The notes: generated from the letters alone by a model not told the origin. A stretch of 63,645 nucleotides of DNA, filler included, from Sphacelaria rigidula (GCA_964200075.2; 11 parts of 11 records of this genome joined end to end with filler, not necessarily neighbours in it), one strand, 5' to 3'; positions 1 through 12,759 are shown, numbered from the whole stretch's first letter. Numbers and translations are program-made.

Positions 1-46
1 GCGCGTGAGCCAGGGGTGGCGGGGAGGGCGGCGCGGGGGGTGGGGT

Positions 47-77
<31 letters not shown>

Positions 78-362
78 CACTTGGTATCATCGTCAGTCGG
101 TTTCAAGTAAAAATGGTGCTGATTCTCTAAAAGGCCCTTGCGTGCAAACACCATGTTTCTGGGAGTACGGCTCCAAAAGGGTTAAAGGCTGTTATCCAAA
201 TGCAAGATTAGTACGCTTCGGGCCGACCAATCTTGGCAAGACTGTTCTTTCTACTTCAATCAACTGCAGTATCGAATATATATATATATATGTGTGTTTT
301 ATTTGCTTATATTTCTCGGAAAGTATCCATTTGTTCTCATTACATTTTCGATTTTTCTTACT

Positions 363-445
363 TGATTGATTGATTGATTGTCACACCTCAACTGATCCAC
401 CAGGGATCCAACCGCGATCACAGGGTATTCACGTTTACAGTTTAA
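363..445 (-). mobile_element. 3' end of a non-LTR retroposon with (AATC)n tail; second copy at ~60767-60850
   Basis: (GATT)n followed by gtcacacctcaactgatccacc here, and (GATT)n followed by gtcgcaccttaagtgaccaccc at 60767. Confidence 0.5.
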
Positions 446-551
446 AATTAGTGTCACACATTTTTCTTGTCACCTATTTTTTTCTCCTCTTCTGTCTGTC
501 GTAAACCCTCTCCCGCCCGCCCCCGCCCATCCTACCGCTTGAAAATGACAG

Positions 552-781
552 ATTCAGAGGTGCGGTCCGTTCGATGCCGCTCGATCCATCTTGGGGGGGG
601 CGAGAACCCCCCTCAGGGACCGATACGAGGCCTTCTTCACCGACTACAGCCTGCTGCCCCTGCTTGTACACCAGAACTATCTGTCGAGCCTCATGAATAT
701 CGACCCTAAGACGAGGACAGACGTCACCATGAGGGCGGCAGCCGCGTGTAGCGACGCAGACATCATCAGCGGGAAGATGAG
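552..781 (+). CDS. RFC1: Replication factor C subunit 1, internal exon (C-terminal domain)
   Basis: cag|ATT acceptor and AG|gtac donor. Encodes IQRCGPFDAARSILGGARTPLRDRYEAFFTDYSLLPLLVHQNYL...AAAACSDADII, matching the RFC1 'PFD..../FF.DYSL.PL..QENYL' motifs. Its phase-2 end matches the next exon. Confidence 0.9.
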
Positions 782-3463
782 GTACAAAGACACCACACCC
801 TGGAAAGTGACGAATAGTTTACGTTGTTCAAAATTGTACTGCGTTCAGTATTGACTGTTGCGTCTATTGCGATAGACAATATATTCCATATTGTACGCAG
901 TACACTTTTTGACAATGTAATCAATTGTCATTATCCATCCAGGGTGTGCAAAAAAAGTTACACATACACACACACACATGCACCAAGACTTACTTTGCTT
1001 GCGAAGGATTTATTTTCCGGCGGCCATTTTTTTTTTTTCTCGCACCAGTTTCCAGTTTCTAAAGGCTTCCGCTTTTTTCGATGATGACGGATTTTGGTCA
1101 CTTGAAGCAAGGAAGGGTCCAAGGGTATGTTTGGTTGGGTATTAGTAGGTTATTTACTACTTTTGGGTATTTTTTGCCGTACTGTTGAAGCACCCCAAAA
1201 CTTGGGTAAGGTATTGAGATCGTACTCAACAACTGCCCAGAAATTGATTGGGTAGAGTGTGGAGATCGGGCCATCGCAACACAAAATTCTGGGGGGGGGG
1301 TAAATGCCTGGGTGGTAGCCACACCCCCAACGCAACCTTGAAAGGATCGATGCGTGAGGTGTCTGGCGTCTCGCAAAGCCTGCCTGTATGATGCGCTGGT
1401 TGGATTTGAGGGTTGAGCCCGTATCAGGCCGTCTCTTATCATATTGCTTTCACGTCGAAGACTTGCGGTGGAATCGAATTTGCTCGTATTCTGTGACCAC
1501 GGGTTCGAGAGATCGGACTAATGTGTGGAAATAATCATATTGTAATGTATAAATAATGATCATAACTATATGATACGTCAGCGACATTTGTTTTTCTCAG
1601 ATGGTTGAGAACATGAATGCCGTAGACGTGTCAGATACGAGCGAATTCGATACGACTGCACGTGTTCGGCACCAGAACAATTTGGTAAGACATGGCCTCA
1701 GCGTCAGGGTCGTTGCTACAATAACGAAAGAACTCAGAAATTATGGAGGGGACAAGAAATCACGGCAGAATTTTGAAATTTCACGTGTTGAGTGTACATG
1801 TGCTTCCACAAGTTTTTTTTTTTGTATGTTGTATCTTCAAAGCAAATACTCGAGACGCTTTCCCCCACATTTAGATCATTTCGTTTTGCTTTGTTTGTCG
1901 TTTTTTGTTCTTTTTTTGTTTTTGTCAGCTGACTGCGACGGAGGTGTGTAGTTGTACAGCAGCGTTCGGCTGTTGGAAACATGGCGCCTTGTGCCATTGT
2001 TGTTGACGTGGTTGTCTCGTGTAACGTTGTTGCTGCTGCTGATATCCCACTCCGATTTCAATGCGGCACATCACTACCCACAAATTGTGGGGGCGGTAGT
2101 CCTATGGTAAGACCGACTTGTACGGCAGTCGCAAAACGGATCTGTGCGTAGATCAGGGGACCTCAGATCCGGAAACGCATTGTACGGACCCCAATTTGGC
2201 CCAAATCGGGGAAGCTCAGATTCGTTTGTCACGAAATGAGAACGGTGTTACACGAATCTGAGCGCAGATCCGTGGAAAATCGAGGTCCCCCGAATTTGTG
2301 ACTGACGTACGTATGTTGACGTACAGTGATGGGGCAACGGGGGTTTGGATTTTGCAGCAACGGAAGCAGACAGTCTCGTGACAGCACAGAGTGCCTGCGA
2401 GCGCCGGCTGCTGGAGCAGCTCCGCACGGGGTTTGACAAGCGGATAAGAAGTGTTGACGCCGTACCCTGTGGTGATGGGAAAAAAAATTATGCTGCATGC
2501 ACTGTGCTGCTGTATGTATCATCATAACGAACGGTACTGTACTATCCTACACTCTGCTGTCGCGGTACTTGCAGGGTGATGGATGACACTGCACTCGTGA
2601 ACTCTTGCCGCACACTGTGCACTGTTCTCGCAATGCCGACTGTACCATCATGTGTTACCACAGGGCATTGTCGTGTACTGTGATTGTGGGGTGTACTGCA
2701 CTGCATCATATCCTAGGGTATCACGGTACGACGCTGCTCTTGAGGGATGATTCCCTGCCTGCCTATTCTTAGGCTTTACTGTAATACCACACACCGCCCA
2801 GAAAATGACCGTTCGTGTACAGAACAATTTCAACAAATCTGTGAACTAATACAGAGCTGAACTCCTCATATTCGTACAAATACGGATTGGTTGCCATACA
2901 AAGTGGTGTGACGGTCGCGAGTCATTCAGACGAGACTTCGTGGTCGACCTTGTGTGTGTCGTACTCGAGTGCGCATGTTTGTCATACTCCAGTGTGTGTT
3001 TGTGTGGAAGAAAGAGGTCGACTTAGGTGCGACGTGAGCAGCCCAGGTCATGAAAATGGATGATGACCCGAGATCATGACGAAAAATTGGTCCCACACTG
3101 TAAGATTTGTTTGTCCCGGGAACGTGCGGAGTAGAGACGATTGTCTCGTCGCATGTGTATGACCCTGTGTGAGACAGGGATCTACCCTTGTTTAGTAGTA
3201 TCGTCATCATCCAAGGGTTGTGCGCAAATGACGTGGCGTGATGGACTGATTGATTGCCGCACATTAACTGATCCGCTACAAATGAATTCAGACTTGGTCA
3301 TCAGATACCAAGGTGAGACGTGCGTACGGTATACCCAAGGAAAACAAACGGAAATAAATACTCGCTGAAGAACCTGGAGGAAGGACAAAATGTGGTAATG
3401 TACTCTACTGTACTGTATACATATATGTGTCGTGACTTTTTCATTTTTTTCTCCCGCTCCCAG

Positions 3464-3659
3464 GGGGGACGTGCAACACTGGGAGCTGCTGCCCGCTCAG
3501 GCGGCGCTGAACGTTCGAATCGGTTCCATCGGGGGGGGGAGTCTGGGTTTCCCCGAGTTCCCGAAGTGGCTGGGCAACTACAGTCGGGAGAATAAGAGAC
3601 GCCGAATGCTGGGAGAGCTCAGCACACACCTGAATGCCTCCATTAGCGGCGGACCAGAG
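3464..3659 (+). CDS. RFC1: Replication factor C subunit 1, internal exon
   Basis: Pyrimidine tract plus cag acceptor and GAG|gtgagg donor. Encodes GDVQHWELLPAQAALNVRIG...FPEFPKWLGNYSRENKRRRMLGEL, the RFC1 'Q.W.LLP' and 'FP.WLG.NS...K..R.L.EL' motifs. Phase 2 to 0. Confidence 0.92.
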
Positions 3660-3812
3660 GTGAGGGGAGACACGGAAAATCAAAATGGACAAAAATAAAC
3701 GAGTCCAGAATGAATTTTCTTCTGTTTTTCTTGTTCTTCTTTTGTCTTCACGTTTTACTCTCTCATCTCTTGCCTGTTATCTCTCATCTCTCGATCTCTA
3801 ATTCCTCATTTA

Positions 3813-3862
3813 TTTATCCTTTATCCTTTATCCTTTATCCTTTATCCTTTATCCTTTATCCT
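3813..3862. repeat. (TTATCCT)n heptamer microsatellite in RFC1 intron
   Basis: About 7 tandem copies read directly. Confidence 0.9.
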
Positions 3863-4619
3863 TTTGCTTTCCTTTTTCGTGAAGGAAGACACAGGACATT
3901 TCTATTTGAAACAGATTCCCTTTGTTGTTTTGTATGTTCACGTCCGTTTTGTTGATATTATCGCTGCTTTTGTACTGTTCTTGATTGAAATAGAATTTAC
4001 AGTACGACTGTTGCCCCCTTTGGAGTCCCCAAATATCATCGTGAGGAGGAGAGGGGTACCCCCAGTTCAACAGGAGGTTCGGGGGGTACAATCCAGTTAC
4101 CATGACAAACGGCGATACTATGCACCGTTGGGGGAGGGTGGGGAAGTGGGGGGACCAGCTGTGCGTGTGCTTAGTGCATTTTCCAGTGTCACTTATCATG
4201 GGGATCTATGGTCAACAAGAAGCACGAGGAGGGAAGATTGCCGCGGAGAAATAAAACATTTTCCCGGTTATAGCGGTGGTTTTGAGCCGGAGAAATGTTT
4301 TTGTCTCGTTTGTCATAGACGTCATGGACACAGCATCAACCGACGTACCTTTGTTCGAAACAAGGAGAGTTTTGTACTTTAAAACTCTTCTACACCACCA
4401 TGGTGTTTGCTGTTCTGTGGTTAATGTAATGCTCGAGTCCTTTATACTACCGTCTATTGTTTTCCTACAGTCTGTTATGCAGCATATGTCATACTCCAGT
4501 GTTTCATATTACGCGCTGTTCGTCCAGCATATATCATACTACAGTTCTGCATACTATAATCTGTTATCCAGCGTGTCATGCTCCAGTATTTCATATTCAT
4601 CTGTGTGTGTGCCTAGCAG

Positions 4620-4754
4620 GCTGTACGACTGTCATATATGCACTACTTGAAGACGGTGCTGACAAGGCCGTTAAGGGAGAGGGGGGCGGACGGTGCGGAG
4701 GAATGCGTTGACATGCTGGAGGAGTATGGCTTATCCAGGGACGATCTCTTCGAG
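4620..4754 (+). CDS. RFC1: Replication factor C subunit 1, internal exon (gene continues beyond contig)
   Basis: cag|GCT acceptor and GAG|gtgggt donor. Encodes AVRLSYMHYLKTVLTRPLRERGADGAEECVDMLEEYGLSRDDLFE (RFC1 'L..PL...G.......M..Y.L.R.D'). Phase 0 matches the previous exon. Confidence 0.9.
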
Positions 4755-5695
4755 GTGGGTCCTGTCTTGATTCTTGGTGTTGTCGTCACCACCGATGTTG
4801 TTGTTGTTGTTGCCGCTGCTTTTGCTCTTTTCAGTGTTGTGTCTTTTTGACAATGGGCAACTCTTACTGCCTCTTCACTCTTGGACCGCGAGGGTAGTCC
4901 ATCTGGATCGTAGCATACTTTTTTCAAGTGAAATTGATGCCGATTCAACAGATGACCTACTCTCGCTGTCATAGGGTAAAACCATTAAACAGCGACCCCC
5001 CCCAGGTGGACTGAGGTAGACTGTAACTACGCCACATTTGGGGCTCAGAACGGCTCTTTTCTCGTCACACAAGACGCTTTTTTTATGTTGGGCATCATTA
5101 TAGAAAACAGTACCGGAGAACCCCTGACCGGTGTTGACCGTGCGGTCAATAGCGTGCAGAGTCAGCATGAGTGCAGTATGTTCCAGAAACAGTCAGCATG
5201 CCATCGCTCTCCGCTCGACACAATTTACTGCATGCTGCTGATGCCTCTGCTTATTATAGTGTTTCACGACAACGCTACTGCAGACAATGCGAGGCTATGC
5301 TAGCAACACCTGAGGCGTCAGACAGGCAGCATAGACCTGGAACAGAGTACAAAACGTCATTTTGTGCTCATGTTATCTATGGTTGAGTGGTCATGACCAA
5401 AATGAGAAATAACGCTTGACAGCGAAGTAGTCCGCCTGTAGGGGGAACTACGTGCTCATTTTGACGGCCGCGATTGGTCAGGATGATCATTCCGCGCCTC
5501 TTGAGCCTCGTTCCTGGCTTAGAATCTTCCGCGGGAAACTTCCAAATACACATGGTTGATTTGGTGAGGTTCCCGGCTGCTTTGCGGACAGACGCCCCCC
5601 TCCCTCAAAATCCCCCCCCCGTAATGAGCGCCAGAATGTTGGAGGTGCCTCTATTAGGAGTAAGAACGGTGCTCCGTCTCGAAAGGGATGCGTGG

Positions 5696-5795
5696 NNNNN
5701 NNNNNNNNNNNNNNNNNNNNNNNNNNNNNNNNNNNNNNNTTAATTAATTAANNNNNNNNNNNNNNNNNNNNNNNNNNNNNNNNNNNNNNNNNNNN
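5696..5795. other. Artificial contig linker (44N-TTAATTAATTAA-44N); same linker at 11491, 17286, 23081, 28876, 34671, 40466, 46261, 52056, 57851
   Basis: Identical 100-bp spacer with stops in all six frames, recurring every 5795 bp. Confidence 0.99.
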
Positions 5796-5879
5796 TTTTT
5801 TTTTTGGGGAGTGGTTGTGTGTTGTAGTGGTGGGGGGGGGGGGGGGGGGGGGGGGGGCACGGAGGGTCGCAAGTCAACA

Positions 5880-6322
5880 CCAAAACGAAGTAATTACACC
5901 AACACAGGGTAGAGCGGAAAAAAACGGGAATGAATGTACATGCTACAATATGGTCATTTTTACGAGGCACTAAACCCAGGTGGGCCGTGGAAATTGGCGG
6001 CCCACCCCGACCACAAAGGGCTGTGTGGCAAGGTGATGGGGACAGTAATATCATCCAAACCCACAAGTGACGGGCGACCCGCCGGTCGCCGCATCCTGTT
6101 GGAAGCACTCTACCGCAACCCATACTGCTTGCTGCATCAGATATGCATTACCTAATGCGCACCCTGCACCTGAAAATAGATTGGTTAAAACCTTTCATCT
6201 CCCTCATGTCCCTGCGGTTACATACGCGGATTTTCAGCAACACGCCACTATTTCCTGCAGACGCCAGACTCATCATTCCCAGCCAGCCTCATCGGTCGTT
6301 CTGGAGGCCTGGTCCCAAAAGG
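5880..6322 (+). repeat. Dispersed repeat with coding-like conserved frame (copy 1; copy 2 at ~62622-63345 minus)
   Basis: Both copies translate to GGPPR.QRAVWQGDGD...RSPHPVGS.L...ILLA..D.H.LMRTLHLK.DW...LHTRI.SN.PLF.ADAR..IP.QPH.SFWRPG. Copy 1 lacks about 290 bp present in copy 2. Confidence 0.8.
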
Positions 6323-6324
6323 GG

Positions 6325-6965
6325 TAAGCCGCTCTTTACTATAGCGAACAAAGATGAAAATCTGCGAAATTGCCTGTTTGGAGCTTCAACGTCGTTTTGC
6401 GCCGTGAAAGATATTTATATAGAGAGCTACAACTGGCGGATTTCGACACCCTGGAATACCTTACTGTACTTGTAGGTCGGTTTCAGCACACCTGTGCGTT
6501 ATCCTGGTGGCCGCAGTTTTTTTCTCGCCCACACTTGCATTTCTCTAGACCGATCAGTCTAGACAAATCTCGGAAAAATTTGTAGACTTGACCGCCGTCG
6601 GAGAAAAATGCAAGTTTGGGTGAGAATACAACTGTCGCAACCGAAAACCCCTCTCGTGGACTTGACCGGTCTTCGAGAGAAGTGCAAGTTTGAGCGAGAA
6701 GAAAACCGTCGCCACCGAAAACCCTTTTTGTGGACGTGACCGGTCTCCGAAAGAAGTGCAAGTTTGGGCGAGAAAATAGAATGCGGCCGCCCGAAAGACG
6801 CACAGATCAGCTGAAGCCGTCTCACGATTACAGCAAGGAACTGCAAGGTGTCAAAATTCGCCCGCTATAGCTCTCTTTCACGGCGCAAAACGACCTAACG
6901 ACGTAAGGACTTCAAACACACCCTCCCCCATATTTCTATTTTTGCCTGCCATAAGGAGCGACCGA
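6325..6965. mobile_element. Foldback/MITE-like element with long imperfect inverted arms and internal 74-bp tandem repeats
   Basis: gtcgttttgcgccgtgaaag (~6391) is inverted by ctttcacggcgcaaaacgac (~6875). tgcaagtttg recurs at 6609, 6683 and 6757, and an inverted unit lies at ~6505-6560. Confidence 0.65.
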
Positions 6966-7545
6966 ATAGAGGTATCTCACCTTAGAGGTTCCCGGTATAT
7001 TTCACAGTAGATTACCGTTACCCGTGCTGTGAGTATGGCGTGAACCTCGAGAGTTGAGATACCTCTAGTAAGGACCCTTCCTCTTCCGCATCTCAGCGAA
7101 GACAGATGGCACACGGGAATCAGCATGGCCACCAAGCGAGGGTTAACTCAAAAAACAACCTCAGGCACCCTCATAAAACAACCACCACGGCTGTTCGGAA
7201 AGACAGCACATGTACAAGCGAGCGTACTACAATGCCCGATGGCTAACGAATGGTGAGTAACCCCAGATCAGACCCGAACAGAAAAAAAAAAACGCCACTA
7301 AAAAAACGTCGGGACGCAAAACAACGGGAACATGGCGAACTCGCCCGCCGTCGACATTTTGTCCGCGCGCGCTACTGAGTTGGCACGTGGTCGACTAGTC
7401 CGCCTCCCGTTCGGGATAACGCGGGGTGTTAGTCGGTGTCGGTTTTGCTTCGCCATGTTTTCCCTACAGTATACAGTTCAGTACTCCCTCGCACAAGCCG
7501 AGTGGGAAGCAATCCAGACGTCGTTTCATCCCCACTACACGCCGC

Positions 7546-7854
7546 GCCCCGGTGGTGCAGTGGTCCGACTGTTGTCATTAGGGTGGAGAGAACGGGCGTT
7601 CGATTCCCGATGCGTTGTTTTTTTTCTCCGCCATGTATGGTTCCCACGGTGGAAGGATTCAAAACGTGAGGAAACAAGGTAGTCGACTAGGTTTGTGTGA
7701 CGTGTGTTACCGCGGTGCGGGAGTGCTGACCCAATCCGCGACATAAAAATGAAGGGCGCGTACCGGGGGAGAGAGGTGGATTGATCCCTCGAGACCACGG
7801 AATCATCCCGAGGGAGGGGAGGGGTTCGAAGTGTGAGGAAAATAAATAATAATA
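7546..7854 (+). mobile_element. tRNA-derived SINE, family A
   Basis: Head GCCCCGGTGGTGCAGTGG (A box) ... GGCGTTCGATTCCCG (B box) and an AAT-rich tail. Homologous copies at 48856-49180 (+) and ~53610-54066 (-). Confidence 0.8.
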
Positions 7855-8342
7855 CCGCCGGTCGTGAAAACTGCCTGCTCACGACGACGGATCATAGTAC
7901 GGACGACAGTACAGTCTCACGTCTTGTTCCGCAAATTGGGCTCCCTGCATCACCTACAGCAGGGTACCAGTTTGACATATCGGCTGTGCCTCCGATGTTC
8001 GCGTGTTTGCTTGCAGAAAGAAGCGAAGAGGGTTGCCTCGCGCATAGCACAGAGCACTCTGGTCCAATGATTTACCGCACCCCAGATAACACTGTACATT
8101 AGTACGAGAACCGCGGTTGGGGCGATCGGCAGATGTCAACAATTTTTCATTTGCGGTACGAGTACAGTATTCCGAAGTCCGTGAACGGCTTGCAAGTGTT
8201 TCTTTCCCCGCACTACAGTAGTGTTCCTCCATGATACAACGGGGAAAGGATTCTTCCCGGGCGGCCGAAATGACAGCACAGGTCTCTGCTGAACCGTATA
8301 CCCCTGTGCGGCCGTGAATTGTGCTGCTTTACTATAAATTTA

Positions 8343-8683
8343 GTGTGTGTTGTCGTCTCATCTATTCTGGACGCCAGTCTACACCTTCCGGGATATGTGG
8401 GCGCAACAGCAGGGGCAACACAGGAGCTTTTTCATTTTTGTTTGTCTTCAGTACCCCACCTTCATTGTGCGGTGCTTGCCTGATATTTTCAAACGCGAGA
8501 GGGGTTCAGCAATCCCTTACCCTTGTCGACCGTCACCTCGAATTTTGTGAACCCACGACATAGTCGCTTTCCACTGTTGGGCATGGTGTGAGAAAAAAAA
8601 TCCAGGTCGCTCCGAGATTTGAACCCACGATCCAACCTTCGGAAGGTGAGGAGGTTACCAACTGAGCCACAGGGACGACCGGC
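8343..8683 (-). mobile_element. tRNA-derived SINE, family B
   Basis: Minus-strand head GGTCGTCCCTGTGGCTCAGTTGGTAA...GGGTTCAAATCTCGGAGCGACC with a CA-rich tail. The 3' portion recurs at ~11395-11490, 49520-49660, 51910-52055 and 57951-58025. Confidence 0.8.
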
Positions 8684-8994
8684 TTCGTAATTTAGTGCAA
8701 CTGCTGTACAGCACAGTACAATTCAACATAGTTTAGTACAGAGCTCTCTTCGTCCCGCCGCAACGATAAAATTATACACTACATGACAACCGCCGGCGCA
8801 ATGCGAAGAATGTTCAGCGCGGTACCGGAGAGTCGGATAAAATGGTGGGGGATACAGTGTGTGCGAGTGAAGAGGGAACCCAACGACCCACGGCCAATAT
8901 GTGCAGACACATGGCCATACACGGACAGACACGGTGCACCGGAGCCCATTATTTAGTGTCGGATGGCTGTAGAAGAAAAACACACTTGCGAGCA

Positions 8995-11353
8995 TGCCTT
9001 TGAAGACAGACCGGGGACAAGATCTCGAAGATCGCCTAGTTGTCTCCCTTCTCGATCCAACTGGATGTTGAGGTTACTGTATACCGGCGTAGAGTTCAGG
9101 TACAGTACAATTGTGTGCAGGATGATGGAGGCGGCTTCCAGAACATCATCGAAAGGCTTGCTCAACCGGGATACGTACCGCATATGCGGAACACGAAGGC
9201 ACCAAGCAGTACGACGTGATATCCTTCCTCAAAGAGGAACATCTGACTTGGGAATAAAGAGAAAAACAGAGAGACCAGATCATCTGTGCATGGAATCGGT
9301 GACTGGACACCCACGAGCACCAGGCAAGAGAGGCGTTGCCTACGAGTAGCTACGTGCGGAAAGACAACAGTCAGTACAGTCAAGTATTACAGCCACTGAG
9401 TACCAGTAGAGTAGATACTTTGACAGCTTTGGCTTGGCGTGGTGGTCTTTCGAAAAGCAATTTGCGATGAGAGCGTTCTCTACGAGCAGAGTACAGAATG
9501 CCGAAATTAGGCAACACGCTCTCGGATAGCTACTTCCAGGACACTGAGGTCGCTGTATGTCAAGGACATGACGGGGTCTTCTATATCTCCACTATTCGAG
9601 GACATCTCGATCTCTGACAAATCTAGGCGCCGAAGCGAAGCTGATCTTTCAGAGAGTACAGTACGGAATAGAAAGGTATACCACAACGCGGTACGACACA
9701 GAACAACAGTACGTAGATAACGTACCCCCCTACGACCGCATGGGATCGGTCGACATCTGGAGGGAAATTAAGATACCAGCAGGTCGACCAGCGCCAACGG
9801 TGGAAATGTCGCGCCAGTTCGTTTACACGCACCAGACTGCTACTGGCTGGCTGCAATCGGTGGGTCTCTGCTTACTCGCAACCTGACGCAGGGGAGGAAA
9901 TGTCGCGACACCATGCTGCAGCAGTACTCACCACTTACCATCTGGGTATGTATTTCACCATACGGCAAGCCATGGAGATCGAACGATGCATCGTCGGCTA
10001 CGCTCGCCTGGCGTTCAATTAGCCATGAGGCAAAATATGGAGTCACGACAGGCGGTAACACTTGGCAGACTTCCGCCAGTACAGCACACAAATGAGTACT
10101 GTCGATACAGCGGATTGCGATCCTAAAGATAGTCAGCTACGAAACGTAAAATGACTCGTTGCTGCTGTAATGTCCCTTCTAAGAGAACAGCGTCTCCTTC
10201 TCGCACAGCTTACAGGCAACATTAATGCAGACAAGAGACGCAATTGAAGATGGTTGATCAACAGATATCTTCGACAATACCGCGAGGCTAAGGCACGTAA
10301 CACTCATCTATACCTTGAGTGAGCAGGACGCAGAGCGGGGAGTACAATGATCGGCTGAGCGTCGACCAGGGTCGATGGGAGAGCTTTCTTTGTTTCTACA
10401 TGTTTTAGATGTGAATATTGGTTCCAATGCAGAGCAGTTCACTTTCAGACCCGTTTGCTGTACCTCTTTTCAATATTACTGTTGTACGTATAGTAGAACG
10501 TTTTTTACTTGTACTCCGTATTTGATGGCGGTCGTTAGGCGAAGGACAGCTGGTCCTGCTGCTGGTATCGAGGAGGGCACAGTTGTATCGCGACGAAACT
10601 GCAATAAATTCAGGCTCGATGTCCCTGCACTGGTCAGGATTTTGTTCAGTTTGATATTGGAGAATGTCAGCGGGCATTTGGAATGGCGGGACATTATTAT
10701 TACACCGGAGTATTATTTTTGCCGCAAATTCGAAAGGATTGAGCGTTCCCCCCAGAAGGGAGGGACGGTTGACAGTGACTCCTTCTCTTTTCTGTGTTTC
10801 CGGGAGAGAATCGTGAATGAAGGCGCACCCAGGCGGGTATACATTCGAGTTCCATGTTCACCCCGAGATAATAGCAAGGGCAACTTGCGGCTGCGGTCGT
10901 TGTGTCATGACCACCTCAACCGAGGCCACCTGCCTGGGCACCCTTTCAATGGACGGACGCGATTTAGGATATCTAAGATGGTAGAGCTGCGCTTGGGCTG
11001 CAAATGGAGGACACTTATTTGATGTCGATTCAAACCACAACAGGTTGCCCACAACAGGTTGCACAGGCAACGGTACCGGGTAAAGCCACTCCAGAAGCGA
11101 CTAGTAAAGTAGTAGTGCAGTCGCGTCCTCAACTCAAGCCCACCTGATCGTCGCTACAGCGTGCTTTTGCGTCTGAAGCTCCACCGTCACTGAGCGCAGA
11201 TGTTATAACAACACTAATAATAGGAGCCGTTGATTTTTCGGAATCCCTCGCCAAACCCCTCGCGAGAATGGAGCTAACATTGCCATTGCCGCCAGTGCTG
11301 GAGGGAGGGGCAGCAGCAGCGGCCACAGAGTCTGAAGTTTGAGGCTGTGTCAT
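8995..11353 (-). pseudogene. Probable degraded multi-exon gene of unknown, helical-repeat-like product
   Basis: ATG exon 11353-11144 ends at CAG|gtgggc, and exon ~10098-9939 (LCAVLAEVCQVLPPVVTPYFASWL...) ends at ATG|gtaagt. Further coding-like stretches at ~9650-9510 and ~9190-9000 are broken by stops and frameshifts. No family recognised. Confidence 0.3.
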
Positions 11354-12759
11354 TCTGATTTTGTTGTAGTAGCCGCGCCCCCCCGGCTACCGGTGTGTGT
11401 TGTCGTCCCATTGATTCTGGGCACCAGTCTACACTTTTCGGTGTATGTATGTGGGTGCATCAGCCGGGGTCACACAGGAGGAAGGTCAACNNNNNNNNNN
11501 NNNNNNNNNNNNNNNNNNNNNNNNNNNNNNNNNNTTAATTAATTAANNNNNNNNNNNNNNNNNNNNNNNNNNNNNNNNNNNNNNNNNNNNTTCCAATACC
11601 GTCCCTGCTATTCCTTACCAGACACATTACCAAAATGAAGAAAAAAAAAAATAAGAAGAGCGACGCCACGAAAACCGGTGAGAAGTAGCTCCCCCGAGTT
11701 CAACGGAGAGGGAAAAGAAAGAAGGACAAAACAAACAAACAAACAAACAAACAACAATCGCCAGATCTGTCAGAAGTGTACACATGTGTATACTCCTATC
11801 AAAAGTACAAAAATCCAGGGTAGCTCAGCCGTTGAGGGGTGAAAATGGGATTTCCCCCAAGAATTTTCATCCCTGTAATCAGCGTCGCTGCTGTTTGATG
11901 TGTGTGGCATTTTATGTCTTCATCTTTGCTGCCTGGAAATCGGACCTTTTACCTGGTGTATGTTTCCGTAACTTTTATCAAGCAAGAAAAACGGCCAAGA
12001 TGGTTACAGGAAGAGTCAAAGCCTGGATTGTATTTTCGTACGGTTGTGTAGTTGTACACGTAACCACTGACTGAGCAGCAAGATCTGATGTTGTGGATCG
12101 CCGGTACTGTCTACAACAGTTCGGTCTGAAGTGGGAGTCAAACCTCCCTCAGCACTCATCTACGGACTGTACTGTACTGTGTTTGTGGGTTCGTGTCGGA
12201 CTGTCTAGGTCCCAAGCGGCACCTTTAACACCATCTCCTGTGTCTAATCCTAGAGCAGCATGTCTGCTCGCTCGGCTTCACTGCCACCAACGCCAATCCT
12301 TGCAACCGCACTTAGAAGCGTCCAAGGATATTTCTCAACAACGAACGAGACAGGCGGGACTATAACAAGCAGGACACCCCTGAAGTTTTCAGCTGACTGG
12401 CCCAGGGCACGCCCGTTCTTCGTGTGCCCATGCACCACGACCGAAATTGAGACCTTTAGCAAAGTAATCAACCGAAGCGCGGAGGACGCAGCATGAAATG
12501 GCGTGAGTTCATCCACCCTGGGGCCCAATAAAGTTCAAGAGTATATACTGTTTACCACTAATGATAATAACTACGTACTCGTACTGGATAATCGTGTGAG
12601 TATCCATCTTGTGCAAATATGACACTAAATCGGTATACTGTACGCCATAGCCGGCCACGGCCATACTAACTGGTACCCTCGTCGCCAGTTACAGTTTTAA
12701 TTCCAGTCCCAATTCAAACTGCGAAATTAGTTGGTCTAGTTCAGAGCCGTTAACATTTC

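Noticed and set aside
5474..6123. ORFs containing X runs or ending in 'LIN'
   Set aside because: Artefacts of translating through the N/TTAATTAATTAA linkers; the same applies at every linker.
6590..6790. CRISPR-like periodic repeats (74-bp period)
   Set aside because: The whole unit is repeated with no unique spacers, there are no cas genes, and the context is eukaryotic.
8602..8683. tRNA gene (also 7546-7615, 40362-40428, 48856-48925)
   Set aside because: A/B boxes are present but the cloverleaf is poor, and each head is fused to a repeated body and tail, which makes them SINE heads.
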